64,000 nt of DNA from Candidatus Enterousia sp. (GTDB lineage: Bacteria; Pseudomonadota; Alphaproteobacteria; Rs-D84), in contig JAZLAT010000005.1 in the NCBI GenBank assembly GCA_045613345.1, positions 203,263 to 267,262 on the forward strand. Direction: 5' to 3'. How positions within the stretch are numbered: the stretch's first letter is position 1; each line of letters opens with the position of its first letter. The translations under genes and the position numbers were made by a program. A model generated the notes under the pieces. It was not told the DNA's origin, made no database searches, and saw nothing but the letters and a program-made list of their open reading frames with translations. Shown here in pieces: positions 1-10,088 of the stretch.

Positions 1-960
1 AGCAACAACAATCTTGAATGTTGATCCCGGTGGATATAATCCTTCAAACACCTTGTTCATAAAGGGCTTTGCAAAGTCATGACGCAGACCATCAATGTAT
101 TCATCGGCGTCATCGTTTGAAAAATTATTTGGGTCAAAACTTGGCGTCGAAACAAGTGCCAAAATATCGCCATTTTCTATATCCAAGACAACACCGCATC
201 CCGCCCTGTGCATGGTAAGCGCGTCATAAAGTTTCCGTTGAATTGTGTCGTTTATAGTTGTTTGAATATCATTTCCAACAATTGGTACACGAAATTGATT
301 TTTATCTTCGCCTGTGACACGCCCCACTGCATTGGTAATCATAACGGTTTGCCCCGGAACCCCAGACAGTGTTTTATTAAACTGTTTTTCCATACCACTG
401 ATTCCATGTGTATAGAACGGATTGTTCGGCACCGCGCGTTCCGGGGCACCAACATATCCAAAAAATTGCGCACCCGCAGGTCCCATTTCATATACACGTG
501 CGTAACCGCTTTCTACATGTAATCCTGCAAGATTTTTCGCTTGGATTCCGGCAAGCTTATCCCAATTTGTATTTTCACTGACCAATACTGGTTGAAATTT
601 AGGTTGTTTTTTTATTTTTTTCCATATGTTATCAACACGTTTTTTTGTTAAATTTAAATCTGTTGCGACCGTATTCACCAAGGCTTCTAAATCTGGCGCT
701 TCTTCGGGAATAATATAGATGCGATAAACAGGCGCGTCATGCGAAAGCGGAGAACCATTTCGTGACAAAATCTTGCCGCGTTCAGGCATATTTATTTGGA
801 TACGAAATAAATTATTTTCGCTTTGTTTTTTATAATTTTTATAATTAAAAACCTGCATCTGCAACATACGCAGGACTAATACCGAAGTCAGAACTGTGCC
901 CGCGGTTAAAAACAGCGCACTGCGACGATCAAATTGTTTTGATATTTCGGTATCAATCAT
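1..960 (-). CDS. mrdA: Penicillin-binding protein 2 (peptidoglycan D,D-transpeptidase MrdA), N-terminal part; the gene runs off the window start
   Basis: I translated the minus strand by hand from an ATG at 958-960: MIDTEISKQFDRRSALFLTAGTVLTSVLVLRMLQMQVFNYK...NPFYTHGISGMEKQFNKTLSGVPG...GSTFKIVVA. This is a PBP2-type N-terminus and dimerisation domain. It lies directly downstream of mreD, the usual position. It is absent from the ORF track because no stop codon falls inside the window. Confidence 0.7.
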   Translation of the reverse strand, partial: MIDTEISKQFDRRSALFLTAGTVLTSVLVLRMLQMQVFNYKNYKKQSENNLFRIQINMPERGKILSRNGSPLSHDAPVYRIYIIPEEAPDLEALVNTVATDLNLTKKRVDNIWKKIKKQPKFQPVLVSENTNWDKLAGIQAKNLAGLHVESGYARVYEMGPAGAQFFGYVGAPERAVPNNPFYTHGISGMEKQFNKTLSGVPGQTVMITNAVGRVTGEDKNQFRVPIVGNDIQTTINDTIQRKLYDALTMHRAGCGVVLDIENGDILALVSTPSFDPNNFSNDDADEYIDGLRHDFAKPFMNKVFEGLYPPGSTFKIVVA

Positions 961-1411
961 ATTCGTCCACCATATTAATTATTGTTGCAATCGGGATGTA
1001 TACAGCGGAAACCAAAGCATACATCAAAATTCCAACCAATAAATTCATGAAACTAAAATTCCACAAAACTTGTGATAAAACCGCGATTCCAAAAAACAAC
1101 ATAAATGCGTACACACCGTGTTTCTTGGTGTGCGTCAAATCTATCATAGTTTGAATATTGACGATTACATAATAAATACAATAAACAGTTGTCCAAAATA
1201 ATACGGTATTAAACTTATAATCCAGTAGAAAACACATTAAAATTGCAAACGGAGTAAAATAATCAATTCGCCGGATAAAAGAACAGTAAAAAATCGGAAT
1301 AATTGCCAGAATTCCGGCGGGGTTTATCCACGGACAAGAAAGCCGCCACAAAAAAATCGTGATAATAAAAGGAAATAAAATTCGCAAATATTTAAATATA
1401 TTTTGCTTCAT
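953..1411 (-). CDS. mreD: Rod shape-determining protein MreD
   Basis: 152-aa polytopic membrane protein placed between mreC and mrdA. Its ends overlap both neighbours, which is the canonical arrangement. Confidence 0.6.
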   Translation of the reverse strand: MKQNIFKYLRILFPFIITIFLWRLSCPWINPAGILAIIPIFYCSFIRRIDYFTPFAILMCFLLDYKFNTVLFWTTVYCIYYVIVNIQTMIDLTHTKKHGVYAFMLFFGIAVLSQVLWNFSFMNLLVGILMYALVSAVYIPIATIINMVDEYD

Positions 1412-2253
1412 TTATATTTTCCTTCGGTTGTATTAAATTTTAAAATCATAACTCGCGACAATTCACCGGGTGATTGCACAGAAACTTCTGTTTCGTTACG
1501 CATTTGTCCAACATATATGTTTGACGGTAAAATTCCACTGATATTACTTGTTACAATTTTTACCCCTGCATCACCATGAAACTTTGGGTCGCTGAAAAAA
1601 CCGATTGTCGGTGTGTTTGAACCGTCGCCATGCAAGAATCCATAAACATCAGATCCCGCAACCCGAACTGCAATATTAGTATTTGCGTCTGTCAATGCAC
1701 GAACCCTTGCAAAATCGGACGCCGCATCTATGACAACACCAACCATAATGTTATTAAAAGAAACAACCACCATACCCGGCGTGACACCGTCGTTTGTGCC
1801 GCGATTTACCAAAAAGGTTTCGTGATTTATTGCCGAATTATCAAAAACTATATCCGCAACAACCGTATCGTATCCGATTGTGTACCGAGTATCCATTTCA
1901 TAGTTTAATCTTCTGTTTTCTAAAATTGCAACTTCACATTCTGTTTTCGTGGCCAAAGCCGCTTCAAGTCTTGTGCGTAATTCGTCGTTTTCTTGTTCAA
2001 GGTTGGAAATTTTATGAATTTTTCTTACCAAATTACCACCAACACGCACTGGCCAAGTAACCAAATCGCCAATTCCGTTTACAATCGGCATAGCAACATG
2101 AGCAATAGCATTTGTTATGCGATATTCGGGTTTTGCGACAATTGCGTATATAAATATTGTGGGTAACAATACCGCCACCGCAGCGGTCTTTAACAACGTG
2201 TGTAACCGTGAAGATACCTTTTTTGAACTCATTTGTCGCAAGTGTAAACACAA
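1408..2253 (-). CDS. mreC: Rod shape-determining protein MreC
   Basis: 281 aa with an N-terminal TM segment, a coiled-coil (ENDELRTRLEAAL...ENRRLNYEM) and an MreC beta-domain (VVSFNNIMVGVVIDAASDFARVRALTDANT...GILPSNIYVG). Confidence 0.75.
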   Translation of the reverse strand: MCLHLRQMSSKKVSSRLHTLLKTAAVAVLLPTIFIYAIVAKPEYRITNAIAHVAMPIVNGIGDLVTWPVRVGGNLVRKIHKISNLEQENDELRTRLEAALATKTECEVAILENRRLNYEMDTRYTIGYDTVVADIVFDNSAINHETFLVNRGTNDGVTPGMVVVSFNNIMVGVVIDAASDFARVRALTDANTNIAVRVAGSDVYGFLHGDGSNTPTIGFFSDPKFHGDAGVKIVTSNISGILPSNIYVGQMRNETEVSVQSPGELSRVMILKFNTTEGKYK

Positions 2254-2324
2254 AAAAATGAATATTCAATAAAAACTTGATTTTATAAAAAAATGTGTCA
2301 AAATAAGCCCGTTAAATCCCCAAA

Positions 2325-2343
2325 GTGGCAATGGCATTGCCAC
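2325..2343 (+). promoter_or_regulatory. Perfect 9-bp-stem hairpin (GTGGCAATG-G-CATTGCCAC) in the rpmI-rplT leader; candidate L20 autoregulatory structure
   Basis: Palindrome read directly, about 30 nt upstream of the rpmI start codon. Confidence 0.3.
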
Positions 2344-2371
2344 CAAGGGCAAAGCAAAAAAGAGGTTAAAA

Positions 2372-2575
2372 ATGCCAAAATTAAAAACAAAGTCATACTT
2401 GAAAAAGCGTGCAAGAATGACCGCAACCGGTAAAATCAACGTTCGCCGGAATGCTCACCACAAGTGTCTGTCGCATAAGTCTGCGCGTGCAAATAACGCG
2501 GGAACCAAGCCACAGTATTTAAACGAAAACATGGTCGGTCAGGCAAAAATCCTGGCGCCGTATGGTTTGAAATAA
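2372..2575 (+). CDS. rpmI: 50S ribosomal protein L35
   Basis: The N-terminus [26 protein letters not shown] matches L35. Confidence 0.9.
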   Translation: MPKLKTKSYLKKRARMTATGKINVRRNAHHKCLSHKSARANNAGTKPQYLNENMVGQAKILAPYGLK

Positions 2576-2588
2576 AAGGGGGCATAAA

Positions 2589-2954
2589 ATGGCAAGGGTA
2601 AAACGTGGAACAACGGTTCGTCAAAAACACAATAAAATTCTGGAACGCGCCAAGGGTTATCTTGGCCGCCACAGCAGCACTTATCGCGCCGCGCGCGAAA
2701 AATCCGAAAAGGCGGGTCAGTATGCATATCGTGACCGTCGTGCCAAAAAACGTGATTTTCGTAGCCTGTGGATTGTGCGTATTAATGCCGCGGTTCGTCC
2801 GAATGGTATTACATACAGCCAATTCATGAACGGTTTGAAAAAGGCTGGTGTTGAACTGGATCGCAAGGTTTTGGCCGAAATGGCGTATGCCGGCGATAAA
2901 AACTTCGCAAAATTGGTCGAAACTGCAAAACGATTTATCGTCGGGGAAAAATAA
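2589..2954 (+). CDS. rplT: 50S ribosomal protein L20
   Basis: [29 protein letters not shown]...[21 protein letters not shown] is a textbook L20 sequence. Confidence 0.9.
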   Translation: MARVKRGTTVRQKHNKILERAKGYLGRHSSTYRAAREKSEKAGQYAYRDRRAKKRDFRSLWIVRINAAVRPNGITYSQFMNGLKKAGVELDRKVLAEMAYAGDKNFAKLVETAKRFIVGEK

Positions 2955-3039
2955 AACCCTTGGCGGCAGGTTGTTTTTTAGTTTAATATATATGGGCCGC
3001 GTTAGTGTGGCCCCATATTTATATAAAAAGGTAAAGGAT

Positions 3040-3990
3040 ATGACAAAGGAAAAAATAAAAGAAATAAATTCATTGGCGGAACTGCAAGAATTGTATACCG
3101 CAACCTTTGGTAAAAACGGTACTATGACCGCGCGCTTGCGTGAAATGAAGAATTTGGATAATGACGCGCGTGCAGAATTAAATCGTGAAAATGCCGAACT
3201 TCGTGAATTGTTTAAAAATCGCCAGTCCGAATTGGAAACTGCGGAATTAAACGCGGCATTGGCAAAGCAAAAATTGGATGTGACATTAGATGCCGAACCA
3301 CAAAATTGTGGAACGATTCATCCACTGACCCGTGCATTGAATGAAATTTCAGAAATTTTAGAATCCTTTGGTTATACACATTATACGGGACCCGAAATCG
3401 AAGACGATTGGCATAACTTTACTGCGCTGAATACGCCGTCTTATCATCCGGCGCGCGATATGCAAGATACTTTCTTTTTGCCGAATGGTAATGTTATGCG
3501 AACACAAACTTCGGCGATTCAAATTCGCACAATGGAAACAAATGGTGTACCTATCAAAATGTTCGGCACCGGGGCAACATACCGTAAAGAAATGGATGCA
3601 ACACATGGACCTATGTTTGGTCAAATTGAAGGCTTGTACATCGACAAGAATGTAACATTATCTGATTTGATTGGTGATATTCGCGCATTTTTCAAACGTT
3701 TCTTTAATTTAGATAATGTTGAATTGCGCATTCGTCCGTCTTACTTTCCTTTTACCGACCCCAGTATCGAGGTTGATATGAAATGGAACGGGGACAAATG
3801 GCTTGAAATGATGGGGGCCGGTATGGTTCATCCAAATGTTCTGCGTAATTGTGGGGTTGATCCGAATGAATATGGTGGTTTTGCATTTGGATTTGGTTTG
3901 GACCGGTTGGCAATGTTAAAGTATAACATACCAGATTTGCGCGACATATACGGAAATGATGTCCGTTGGTTAAAGTCTTGTGGTTTTTAA
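3040..3990 (+). CDS. pheS: Phenylalanine--tRNA ligase alpha subunit
   Basis: The class II core reads FTALNTPSYHPARDMQDTFFL...FGQIEGLYIDKNVTLSDL...FPFTDPSIEVD...GFAFGFGLDRLAML. The tracked ORF at 2848 overlaps rplT. An internal ATG at 3040 (MTKEKIKE...) is the more plausible start. Confidence 0.9.
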   Translation: MTKEKIKEINSLAELQELYTATFGKNGTMTARLREMKNLDNDARAELNRENAELRELFKNRQSELETAELNAALAKQKLDVTLDAEPQNCGTIHPLTRALNEISEILESFGYTHYTGPEIEDDWHNFTALNTPSYHPARDMQDTFFLPNGNVMRTQTSAIQIRTMETNGVPIKMFGTGATYRKEMDATHGPMFGQIEGLYIDKNVTLSDLIGDIRAFFKRFFNLDNVELRIRPSYFPFTDPSIEVDMKWNGDKWLEMMGAGMVHPNVLRNCGVDPNEYGGFAFGFGLDRLAMLKYNIPDLRDIYGNDVRWLKSCGF

Positions 3991-4005
3991 TAAAGGGGGA
4001 AAGAT

Positions 4006-6312
4006 ATGAAATGGACTTTTGATTGGTTATGTGATTATTTGAATACAGATTTGTCGGCAAAGCAAATCGCCGATACATTGACGCGCACGGGACTGGAAGT
4101 GGAAGATTTAATCGCCCCCCTGCCCCCGATTGCGGCAAAGATAGTTGAATGCAAACCCCATGAAAACAGTGACCACCTGCATGTTCTGCGTGTCGATGAC
4201 GGTTCGGGCGAATTGCGGACGGTTGTATGTGGTGCACCAAATGTGCGCGTTGGTATGATTTCTGCGCTGGCACGACCAGGCTGTGTTATCGAAGGACACG
4301 AAATTCAAAGTGGCAAATTGCGTGGTGTCGTATCCGATGGTATGATGTGCAGTGGCCGCGAACTGGGGATAAATGACGACCACAGTGGCATTATCGAATT
4401 GCCCGAAGATACAGAAATCGGCAGCACGATTGTCGATTGCCCAATCGTGTTCGACGCGGGTATTACGCCGAATCGTCCCGATTATTTGGCGGTGCGTGGT
4501 GTTGCGCGCGATTTGTCTGCGGCTGGTGCGGGTGAATTTATTGTACCAAATGACGCGGAATTCATGGTTTCCGGTAATGCACGCGATGTCCAGATTAAAA
4601 CAGACAAATGTCGTGCATATAAACTTGCAGAAATTCATGGAATCACAATGGCGCAAAGCAATGACAAGATTGCATCACGCCTGCGTGCGATTGGTATAAA
4701 CCCAAAGAATGCACCGGTGGACGCAACAAACTATATCTGTTATGACATGGCGCAACCAATGCATTGCTTTGATGCAGACGGTGTGCATGGCGACATTATC
4801 GTGCGCATGGCAAAATCGGGCGAAGAATTTACCGACCTTTTTGGTAATAAACATGAATTGGTTGATACCGATATGGTTATTGCGGATGCGGATGGAATAT
4901 TGGCTTTGGCGGGTGTGATTGGTGGTGCGCGCGGTTGCACAACCGATGATACGAAAAACATTATTCTTGAAAGCGCTTATTTTGACCCTGTGTCTGTGCG
5001 TAAAACCGCAAAGCGCCTTGGAATATCAACCGATGCGTCATATCGTTATGAACGCGGGCTTGACCCGACAATCACTGGTCCGGCTTTGATGAATGCGGTT
5101 AAAATTATAACCGACGCGTGTGGTGGCAATGTTGTTGGATTTAATGCGGCGGGAACCGATACACCATTGAACCCCGAAATAGAATTTGCACCCAAAATGT
5201 TTGCGCGTCGTACGGGTATAGAAATGCCGACTGACGAAATGCGCGATATATTGCAACGCCTTGGGTACAGTGGCAACTTTGACGGTGATTTGTGGCACAT
5301 TGTTGCGCCGAATTCACGTGTTGATGTCCAAATTCCGGAAACCGTTGTTGCCGATTTGATTCGTATATATGGTTATGATCGTATCGCCCAAAATGAAAAG
5401 CATACAACAGGTGACGCGCATCATGCGGATGATTTTGATATGGTTGTTCGTGAAACTTTGGTTGCGCGCGGATTGAACGAGTGCCGTTCTTATGGTTTTG
5501 GTAATTCGCGTATCGAAGAATTGTTAAGCGACAAACCCATTATTCGTGTTGCAAATCCGATTGTTGCAGACTTTGACACGGCGCGAAATTCTTTGTTGGG
5601 TATATTGCTGAACGCGGTTTCTGAAAACGAAAAACGTGGATATTCTGATTTGAATCTGTTCGAAGTTGGCACGGTGTTTGATGGCGACACACCGGGCGCG
5701 CAACATACATCGGTCTGTATAGTCCGCACGGGTGCGACATCGCCGCGGCATTGGCAGAAACGTAATCGCGATGTTGATATATACGATGTAAAATCTGATA
5801 TTGTTGCGTTGATGCGGGGTCAAAACTTTACGATTGATACCGAAAACCCACCGCGTTGGGCGCATCCGTACAGATATGGTCGCATTAAACAGGGCAATAA
5901 AACAATCGGTGAATTCGGCGAATTGCATCCATCGGTTGCGCGGGCTTTAAAGATAAAAACAAATGTCGTAATTGCGATGGTTGACGATATTGAAAACCTG
6001 CCACGGCCGGCGGTGAAGCGCAAGATTGTTGAAAAAGGTGAATTCCAACCGATAACACGCGACTTTGCGTTTGTTGTTGCAAATGATTTTCCGGCATCAA
6101 AATTGACGGCGGCGGCGCGCGGCGCATCGCCATTGATAACCGATATAGTCGTTTTTGATTCGTTTGAAATGGCGGACGGGAATAAATCTGTGGCTTTTAC
6201 GGTGACAATAGTCCCACGTGATAAAATGACCGAAGACGATTTGGCGAAACTGCACGGTGATATTATCGCGAACGTTGAAAAGAAATGCCCCGCCAAAGTG
6301 CGTGATAAATAG
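4006..6312 (+). CDS. pheT: Phenylalanine--tRNA ligase beta subunit
   Basis: 768 aa. N-terminus MKWTFDWLCDYLNTDLSAKQIADTLTRTGLEVE, followed by tRNA-binding, B3/B4 and B5 regions. Confidence 0.9.
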   Translation: MKWTFDWLCDYLNTDLSAKQIADTLTRTGLEVEDLIAPLPPIAAKIVECKPHENSDHLHVLRVDDGSGELRTVVCGAPNVRVGMISALARPGCVIEGHEIQSGKLRGVVSDGMMCSGRELGINDDHSGIIELPEDTEIGSTIVDCPIVFDAGITPNRPDYLAVRGVARDLSAAGAGEFIVPNDAEFMVSGNARDVQIKTDKCRAYKLAEIHGITMAQSNDKIASRLRAIGINPKNAPVDATNYICYDMAQPMHCFDADGVHGDIIVRMAKSGEEFTDLFGNKHELVDTDMVIADADGILALAGVIGGARGCTTDDTKNIILESAYFDPVSVRKTAKRLGISTDASYRYERGLDPTITGPALMNAVKIITDACGGNVVGFNAAGTDTPLNPEIEFAPKMFARRTGIEMPTDEMRDILQRLGYSGNFDGDLWHIVAPNSRVDVQIPETVVADLIRIYGYDRIAQNEKHTTGDAHHADDFDMVVRETLVARGLNECRSYGFGNSRIEELLSDKPIIRVANPIVADFDTARNSLLGILLNAVSENEKRGYSDLNLFEVGTVFDGDTPGAQHTSVCIVRTGATSPRHWQKRNRDVDIYDVKSDIVALMRGQNFTIDTENPPRWAHPYRYGRIKQGNKTIGEFGELHPSVARALKIKTNVVIAMVDDIENLPRPAVKRKIVEKGEFQPITRDFAFVVANDFPASKLTAAARGASPLITDIVVFDSFEMADGNKSVAFTVTIVPRDKMTEDDLAKLHGDIIANVEKKCPAKVRDK

Positions 6313-6424
6313 TGTAAGTGTTAGTGCAAGTGATTAGTGGTTAGTAGTGTCTGGAATAAATCCGTAATTACGAAATAATTCCAGAGCCCACTAACCACTA
6401 ACACTAACCACTAACACTTATACA
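6311..6424. repeat. Inverted pair of AGTG/GTTAGTG-rich repeat units flanking a central hairpin, sitting between convergent pheT and der
   Basis: The left arm is AGTGTAAGTGTTAGTGCAAGTGATTAGTGGTTAGTAGTG. The loop contains CTGGAAT...ATTCCAG. The right arm is CACTAACCACTAACACTAACCACTAACACTTATACACT. The same unit family recurs at 33463, 35112, 35181 and 44926. Confidence 0.55.
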
Positions 6425-7756
6425 CTAATCAAACGGATTCTCTGACTTTTCGTATTCTAAAACGATTGGCAAATGTTCCCATTTTAATGCGTTGGCAAGC
6501 CCGCGGCGCAAATACCGCGTATAAGATTCTGGAATATCCGACGCACCACCAACATTTATCACAACGCGCATCGGGTGGCGACCGGCTTGGCGTGCAAACT
6601 TTATGCGCATCGGCCGTTTAAGGCGCGACATTGGTGGCTGGCGCGATTCAACCAATTCACCGATGATTTTGTTTATCAAACTTGTTGGTGCGGTTGCATT
6701 AGAAATATCCCACTGTTCATAAAGTCGCTTGAACATATTCTGGACACCGGTTCCTGTTTCTGCCGAAATCGCCAATATCAGTGGCTTTATAATCTGGTGA
6801 AAAGAATTTGTAAATTGGTGCTTTAATTTCAACAACTTTTCTTCGCGTTCCGACGCATCCACCAAGTCCCATTTGTTCAGCGCAACACAGAGTATTTTCC
6901 CCGCGTCATATACGCGTGCCGCAATACCTAATGCTTGGTTTTCAATATTTTTTGTTGCGTCCACAACCAATATAACTGCATCAGCCTTGTCAATTGCATC
7001 CAAAGATTTTAATGCCGATAATGTTTCCACATCATCACGCACATTTGATTTTCGTCGTAAACCCGCCGTATCCATCAGTACTATATCACGACCATAGAAT
7101 TTTGTCGGAATCTTGACCGTGTCGCGTGTAACACCGGGTTCGTCTTTTACAATCTGGCGCTTTTCACCCAAAATACGATTTACCAGTGTCGATTTACCAA
7201 CATTTGGTTGTCCCAAAATTGCAATTTTTATCCGTGTGTCCGCCGCCACAGATTCCGCGTTTTCCGCCGCCGGCAAATGCCGTTCCAAAAATTCATATAT
7301 CGCATCAAAGCCCGACTTGTGTTCTGCCGAAATCAAGACCGGTTCCCCAAATCCCAATTTATAGAATTCATTTATATCCGCCAAACGTTTGTCTGATTCC
7401 GCCTTGTTCACAACCAATAATATCGGCGCATGAGTTTTACGGCGCACTGTGCGTGCCCAATTCATATCTTCCGATAACAAGCCCGCGCGTCCGTCGACCA
7501 CAAACAAAATCGCATCCGCGTCACCAATCGCGTCAATCGCCATATCCGTTGAATCGGCGGCGATACCACTTCGGGCATTTTCCAAACCCGCCGTGTCGCG
7601 CACAATACAATCAGCCCGCGTCGCCAAAGTTCCGCACACCGTGTCACGCGTCACACCCGGACGGTCATGCACCAATGCATCCCGCGTTCCGGTTAATGCG
7701 TTAAATAAAGTTGACTTTCCCGTATTCGGTCGTCCAACTATAGTAATCTTTGCCAT
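6425..7756 (-). CDS. der: Ribosome-biogenesis GTPase Der (EngA), two tandem GTPase domains
   Basis: MAKITIVGRPNTGKSTLFN, a second P-loop IAILGQPNVGKSTL, and a KH-like C-terminus. Confidence 0.9.
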   Translation of the reverse strand: MAKITIVGRPNTGKSTLFNALTGTRDALVHDRPGVTRDTVCGTLATRADCIVRDTAGLENARSGIAADSTDMAIDAIGDADAILFVVDGRAGLLSEDMNWARTVRRKTHAPILLVVNKAESDKRLADINEFYKLGFGEPVLISAEHKSGFDAIYEFLERHLPAAENAESVAADTRIKIAILGQPNVGKSTLVNRILGEKRQIVKDEPGVTRDTVKIPTKFYGRDIVLMDTAGLRRKSNVRDDVETLSALKSLDAIDKADAVILVVDATKNIENQALGIAARVYDAGKILCVALNKWDLVDASEREEKLLKLKHQFTNSFHQIIKPLILAISAETGTGVQNMFKRLYEQWDISNATAPTSLINKIIGELVESRQPPMSRLKRPMRIKFARQAGRHPMRVVINVGGASDIPESYTRYLRRGLANALKWEHLPIVLEYEKSENPFD

Positions 7757-7824
7757 AGTTTTTTCCGTTGATTTTTTCTAATTATAAAGCAAAAATATAA
7801 ATAATCAAACCCAGAGGTCACAAA

Positions 7825-8418
7825 ATGAAAAAAATAAAAAAATGGTATCGTTCAATCAAAGATGTCATTGTGAACCCGCGCCGGTTCTTTTCCAAGATTG
7901 TTGCAGACGGTGATATCGAAGAATCTATGTTAAAGGCGTTTATGTATGGCTTGATTGGTGGCGCGTTGGTTTTGGCGATGCGATTGATTGGTGGTGCGAC
8001 GGTCACAATAAGTTCTGTCTTTACGGCGGTCGTCATAGTCCCAGTGATTGCGGTGGCATTGTTATTTATTGGTGGGGGATTGATGATGTTGGTGTCCGAG
8101 ATTACCGGTGGCGAACGTGACTGGGAAATTGCGATAAAGGGTTTGGCGTCGATATTCTTTATATACCCCGTGATTTTGGTTTTAAATGCGCTTGCATTTA
8201 ATTGCACATCGCTTTGGGTGATAAGTATAATTTGTGATGCGTATGTGTTGTTCTTGTTCTATAACATCGCACTGTATTGTATGCGCGGGCGTCGTGGTGC
8301 AGTTTTGGCTGTGGTTGGCATATTTGCAGTGTTTATGGTGACGGTTTATTTAACAAACTATCATATTGGATGGTTCTTGTTTAAAAACACAACCGCCGCA
8401 TTGTCTTGTTTAATATAA
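7825..8418 (+). CDS. Multi-pass membrane protein, possibly Yip1-like
   Basis: 197 aa with about five hydrophobic segments. No catalytic motif was recognised. Confidence 0.35.
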   Translation: MKKIKKWYRSIKDVIVNPRRFFSKIVADGDIEESMLKAFMYGLIGGALVLAMRLIGGATVTISSVFTAVVIVPVIAVALLFIGGGLMMLVSEITGGERDWEIAIKGLASIFFIYPVILVLNALAFNCTSLWVISIICDAYVLFLFYNIALYCMRGRRGAVLAVVGIFAVFMVTVYLTNYHIGWFLFKNTTAALSCLI

Positions 8419-8419
8419 G

Positions 8420-8728
8420 ATGGCATCAAGTCGTGATTTTTTAGAATTTGTATTGGAACAATTATCAGAATTGCCCGATATAACATATCGCGCGATGATG
8501 GGCGAATTTATAATTTACTATCATAATACCGTGGTCGGTGGCATTTACGACAACAGGTTTTTGGTAAAGCCCACCGAATCTGTACGCAAGATTTTACCAA
8601 ACGCAAGCATGGAAATACCGTATAATGGCGGAAAACCGATGATGATGTTGGATGATATTGAAAACCCAGAATTATTAAAATGTGCGTTGAACGCGGTATA
8701 TGACGATTTATCAAAATCAAAAAAATAA
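8420..8728 (+). CDS. TfoX/Sxy N-terminal domain protein
   Basis: 102 aa: FLEFVLEQLSELPDITYRAMMGEFIIYYHNTVVGGIYDNRFLVKP resembles the TfoX_N fold, which has a conserved MFG/MMG..Y....F motif. Confidence 0.5.
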   Translation: MASSRDFLEFVLEQLSELPDITYRAMMGEFIIYYHNTVVGGIYDNRFLVKPTESVRKILPNASMEIPYNGGKPMMMLDDIENPELLKCALNAVYDDLSKSKK

Positions 8729-8739
8729 TGTAAAGTTTT

Positions 8740-9462
8740 TTATTCTATTATGAAACTTCGCGGATAAAAATCGCTGTAAAACCGGCCGTCGGTTGCGGTG
8801 AATCTAAGGACGCAATAGTTCGGGTCGGTAACACCACCAGGATAGTATTCGGTATCACCGTCGCGCCAAATCATTTCTTTGGTTGCGGTATCGGTCAAAA
8901 CTTCCATAGTTCCACGCAACATCATGCCTTGGAAATTTTTATCATCACAGAAGTAAATGCTGGCCTTGGGGTTTGCTTTATATTGTGCAACGCGTAAAGA
9001 AAAGGTGTTTGTGGTGAAATAAAATACTTTGATACCTTCACGAACGCGGGGCGACAACATTGCCTTGGTCCACGGGAAACCGTTTTCATCAACCGATGAT
9101 ATAAAGGTTATTGGTAATGTGTCTGCCATTTTGGCAATAAGTTCTTTGATGCCACGCAACGCGGGGTTTTCTGGGGTTTTATCTGTGATGGTCAATTCTG
9201 TGTGCCAACGTTTTAATTTTGGAAAATACATTTTCATTTGCCCAATGTATTCTTCGCGTGTGATAGGATTTGGTAAATTCTTGTTAAAATTATCAATAAA
9301 TTGCGCACAATGTTCAATCATTTCATCCATTGTAAAATTCTGTAAAAATTCGCCGTTTTTATAGCAATATATACAATAGTCAGAATTTTTTGCGCCACCC
9401 GAATCCGTGCCAAATAAGTTTTCATCGTTTATTGGCATTCCGCAACTTTGACAGATTTTCAT
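8740..9462 (-). CDS. Fusion protein: N-terminal zinc ribbon joined to a pyridoxamine-5'-phosphate-oxidase-like (split-barrel FMN-binding) domain
   Basis: The N-terminus has CQSCGMPI...DYCIYCY (a four-Cys ribbon). The C-terminal half (ITFISSVDENGFPWTKAML...KASIYFCDDKNFQGMMLRGTMEVLTD) is PNPOx-like. Confidence 0.55.
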   Translation of the reverse strand: MKICQSCGMPINDENLFGTDSGGAKNSDYCIYCYKNGEFLQNFTMDEMIEHCAQFIDNFNKNLPNPITREEYIGQMKMYFPKLKRWHTELTITDKTPENPALRGIKELIAKMADTLPITFISSVDENGFPWTKAMLSPRVREGIKVFYFTTNTFSLRVAQYKANPKASIYFCDDKNFQGMMLRGTMEVLTDTATKEMIWRDGDTEYYPGGVTDPNYCVLRFTATDGRFYSDFYPRSFIIE

Positions 9463-9653
9463 GATGATTCCTTTTGGTTATTGTTATGATGTTAACAGTT
9501 CCTATATAAAAAGCAAAGACTGTTTTTTGTTAAGAACCGCTTGCACTATCTCGGCAGAAAATAAACAAGAGTTTCCAGATTTAATGAAACAAGTGAAAGT
9601 GTTTAACGAAAAATGGTTATAATAACACTACATGCATATAATTTTGTGTCGTA

Positions 9654-10034
9654 TTATTTTTGTTTATAACCACACTTTATAAAACTTAGTACTTTTTGCA
9701 TTATTGGTTGCGATTGTTTATAAAATTTTGAAATACACAGCATATTTAATTCGTGCAAGGCTTTGAACACTTCTGTATTTTTTTGGTTGTCTAAATAAAA
9801 TGTAAAAACAGGTTTATTTCCTAATTGCATTTTATATTCATATGCGTTCAATAAATCATCATAATGTTCATAAATTGAAAATATATGCACCCCTGAACTA
9901 AATACATGATACCAATTACTTTGTTCTGGAAGATTAAAGATTTTAACCTTTTTGTTTTGCATAATATCACAATATATTTGTGCAAGATTATTCAAAGATT
10001 CTAAAAATATATTTTTATCCATTTTATGTGTCAA
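9654..10034 (-). CDS. Hypothetical protein, first island cargo gene
   Basis: 126-aa ORF in the AT-rich island with no recognisable motif. Its size and context fit an immunity-like protein. Confidence 0.4.
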   Translation of the reverse strand: MTHKMDKNIFLESLNNLAQIYCDIMQNKKVKIFNLPEQSNWYHVFSSGVHIFSIYEHYDDLLNAYEYKMQLGNKPVFTFYLDNQKNTEVFKALHELNMLCISKFYKQSQPIMQKVLSFIKCGYKQK

Positions 10035-10088
10035 GCCTCAGATAATAAGCATTATAAAATAATTATACAAATAATCAATATATTCGAA

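Noticed and set aside
3752-5928. Multiple antisense or out-of-frame ORFs inside pheS and pheT (3752-4273, 4108-4656, 4373-4699, 5524-5928, 5820-6296 and others)
   Set aside because: They overlap strongly supported aminoacyl-tRNA synthetase genes. Their translations have no motifs and skewed composition.
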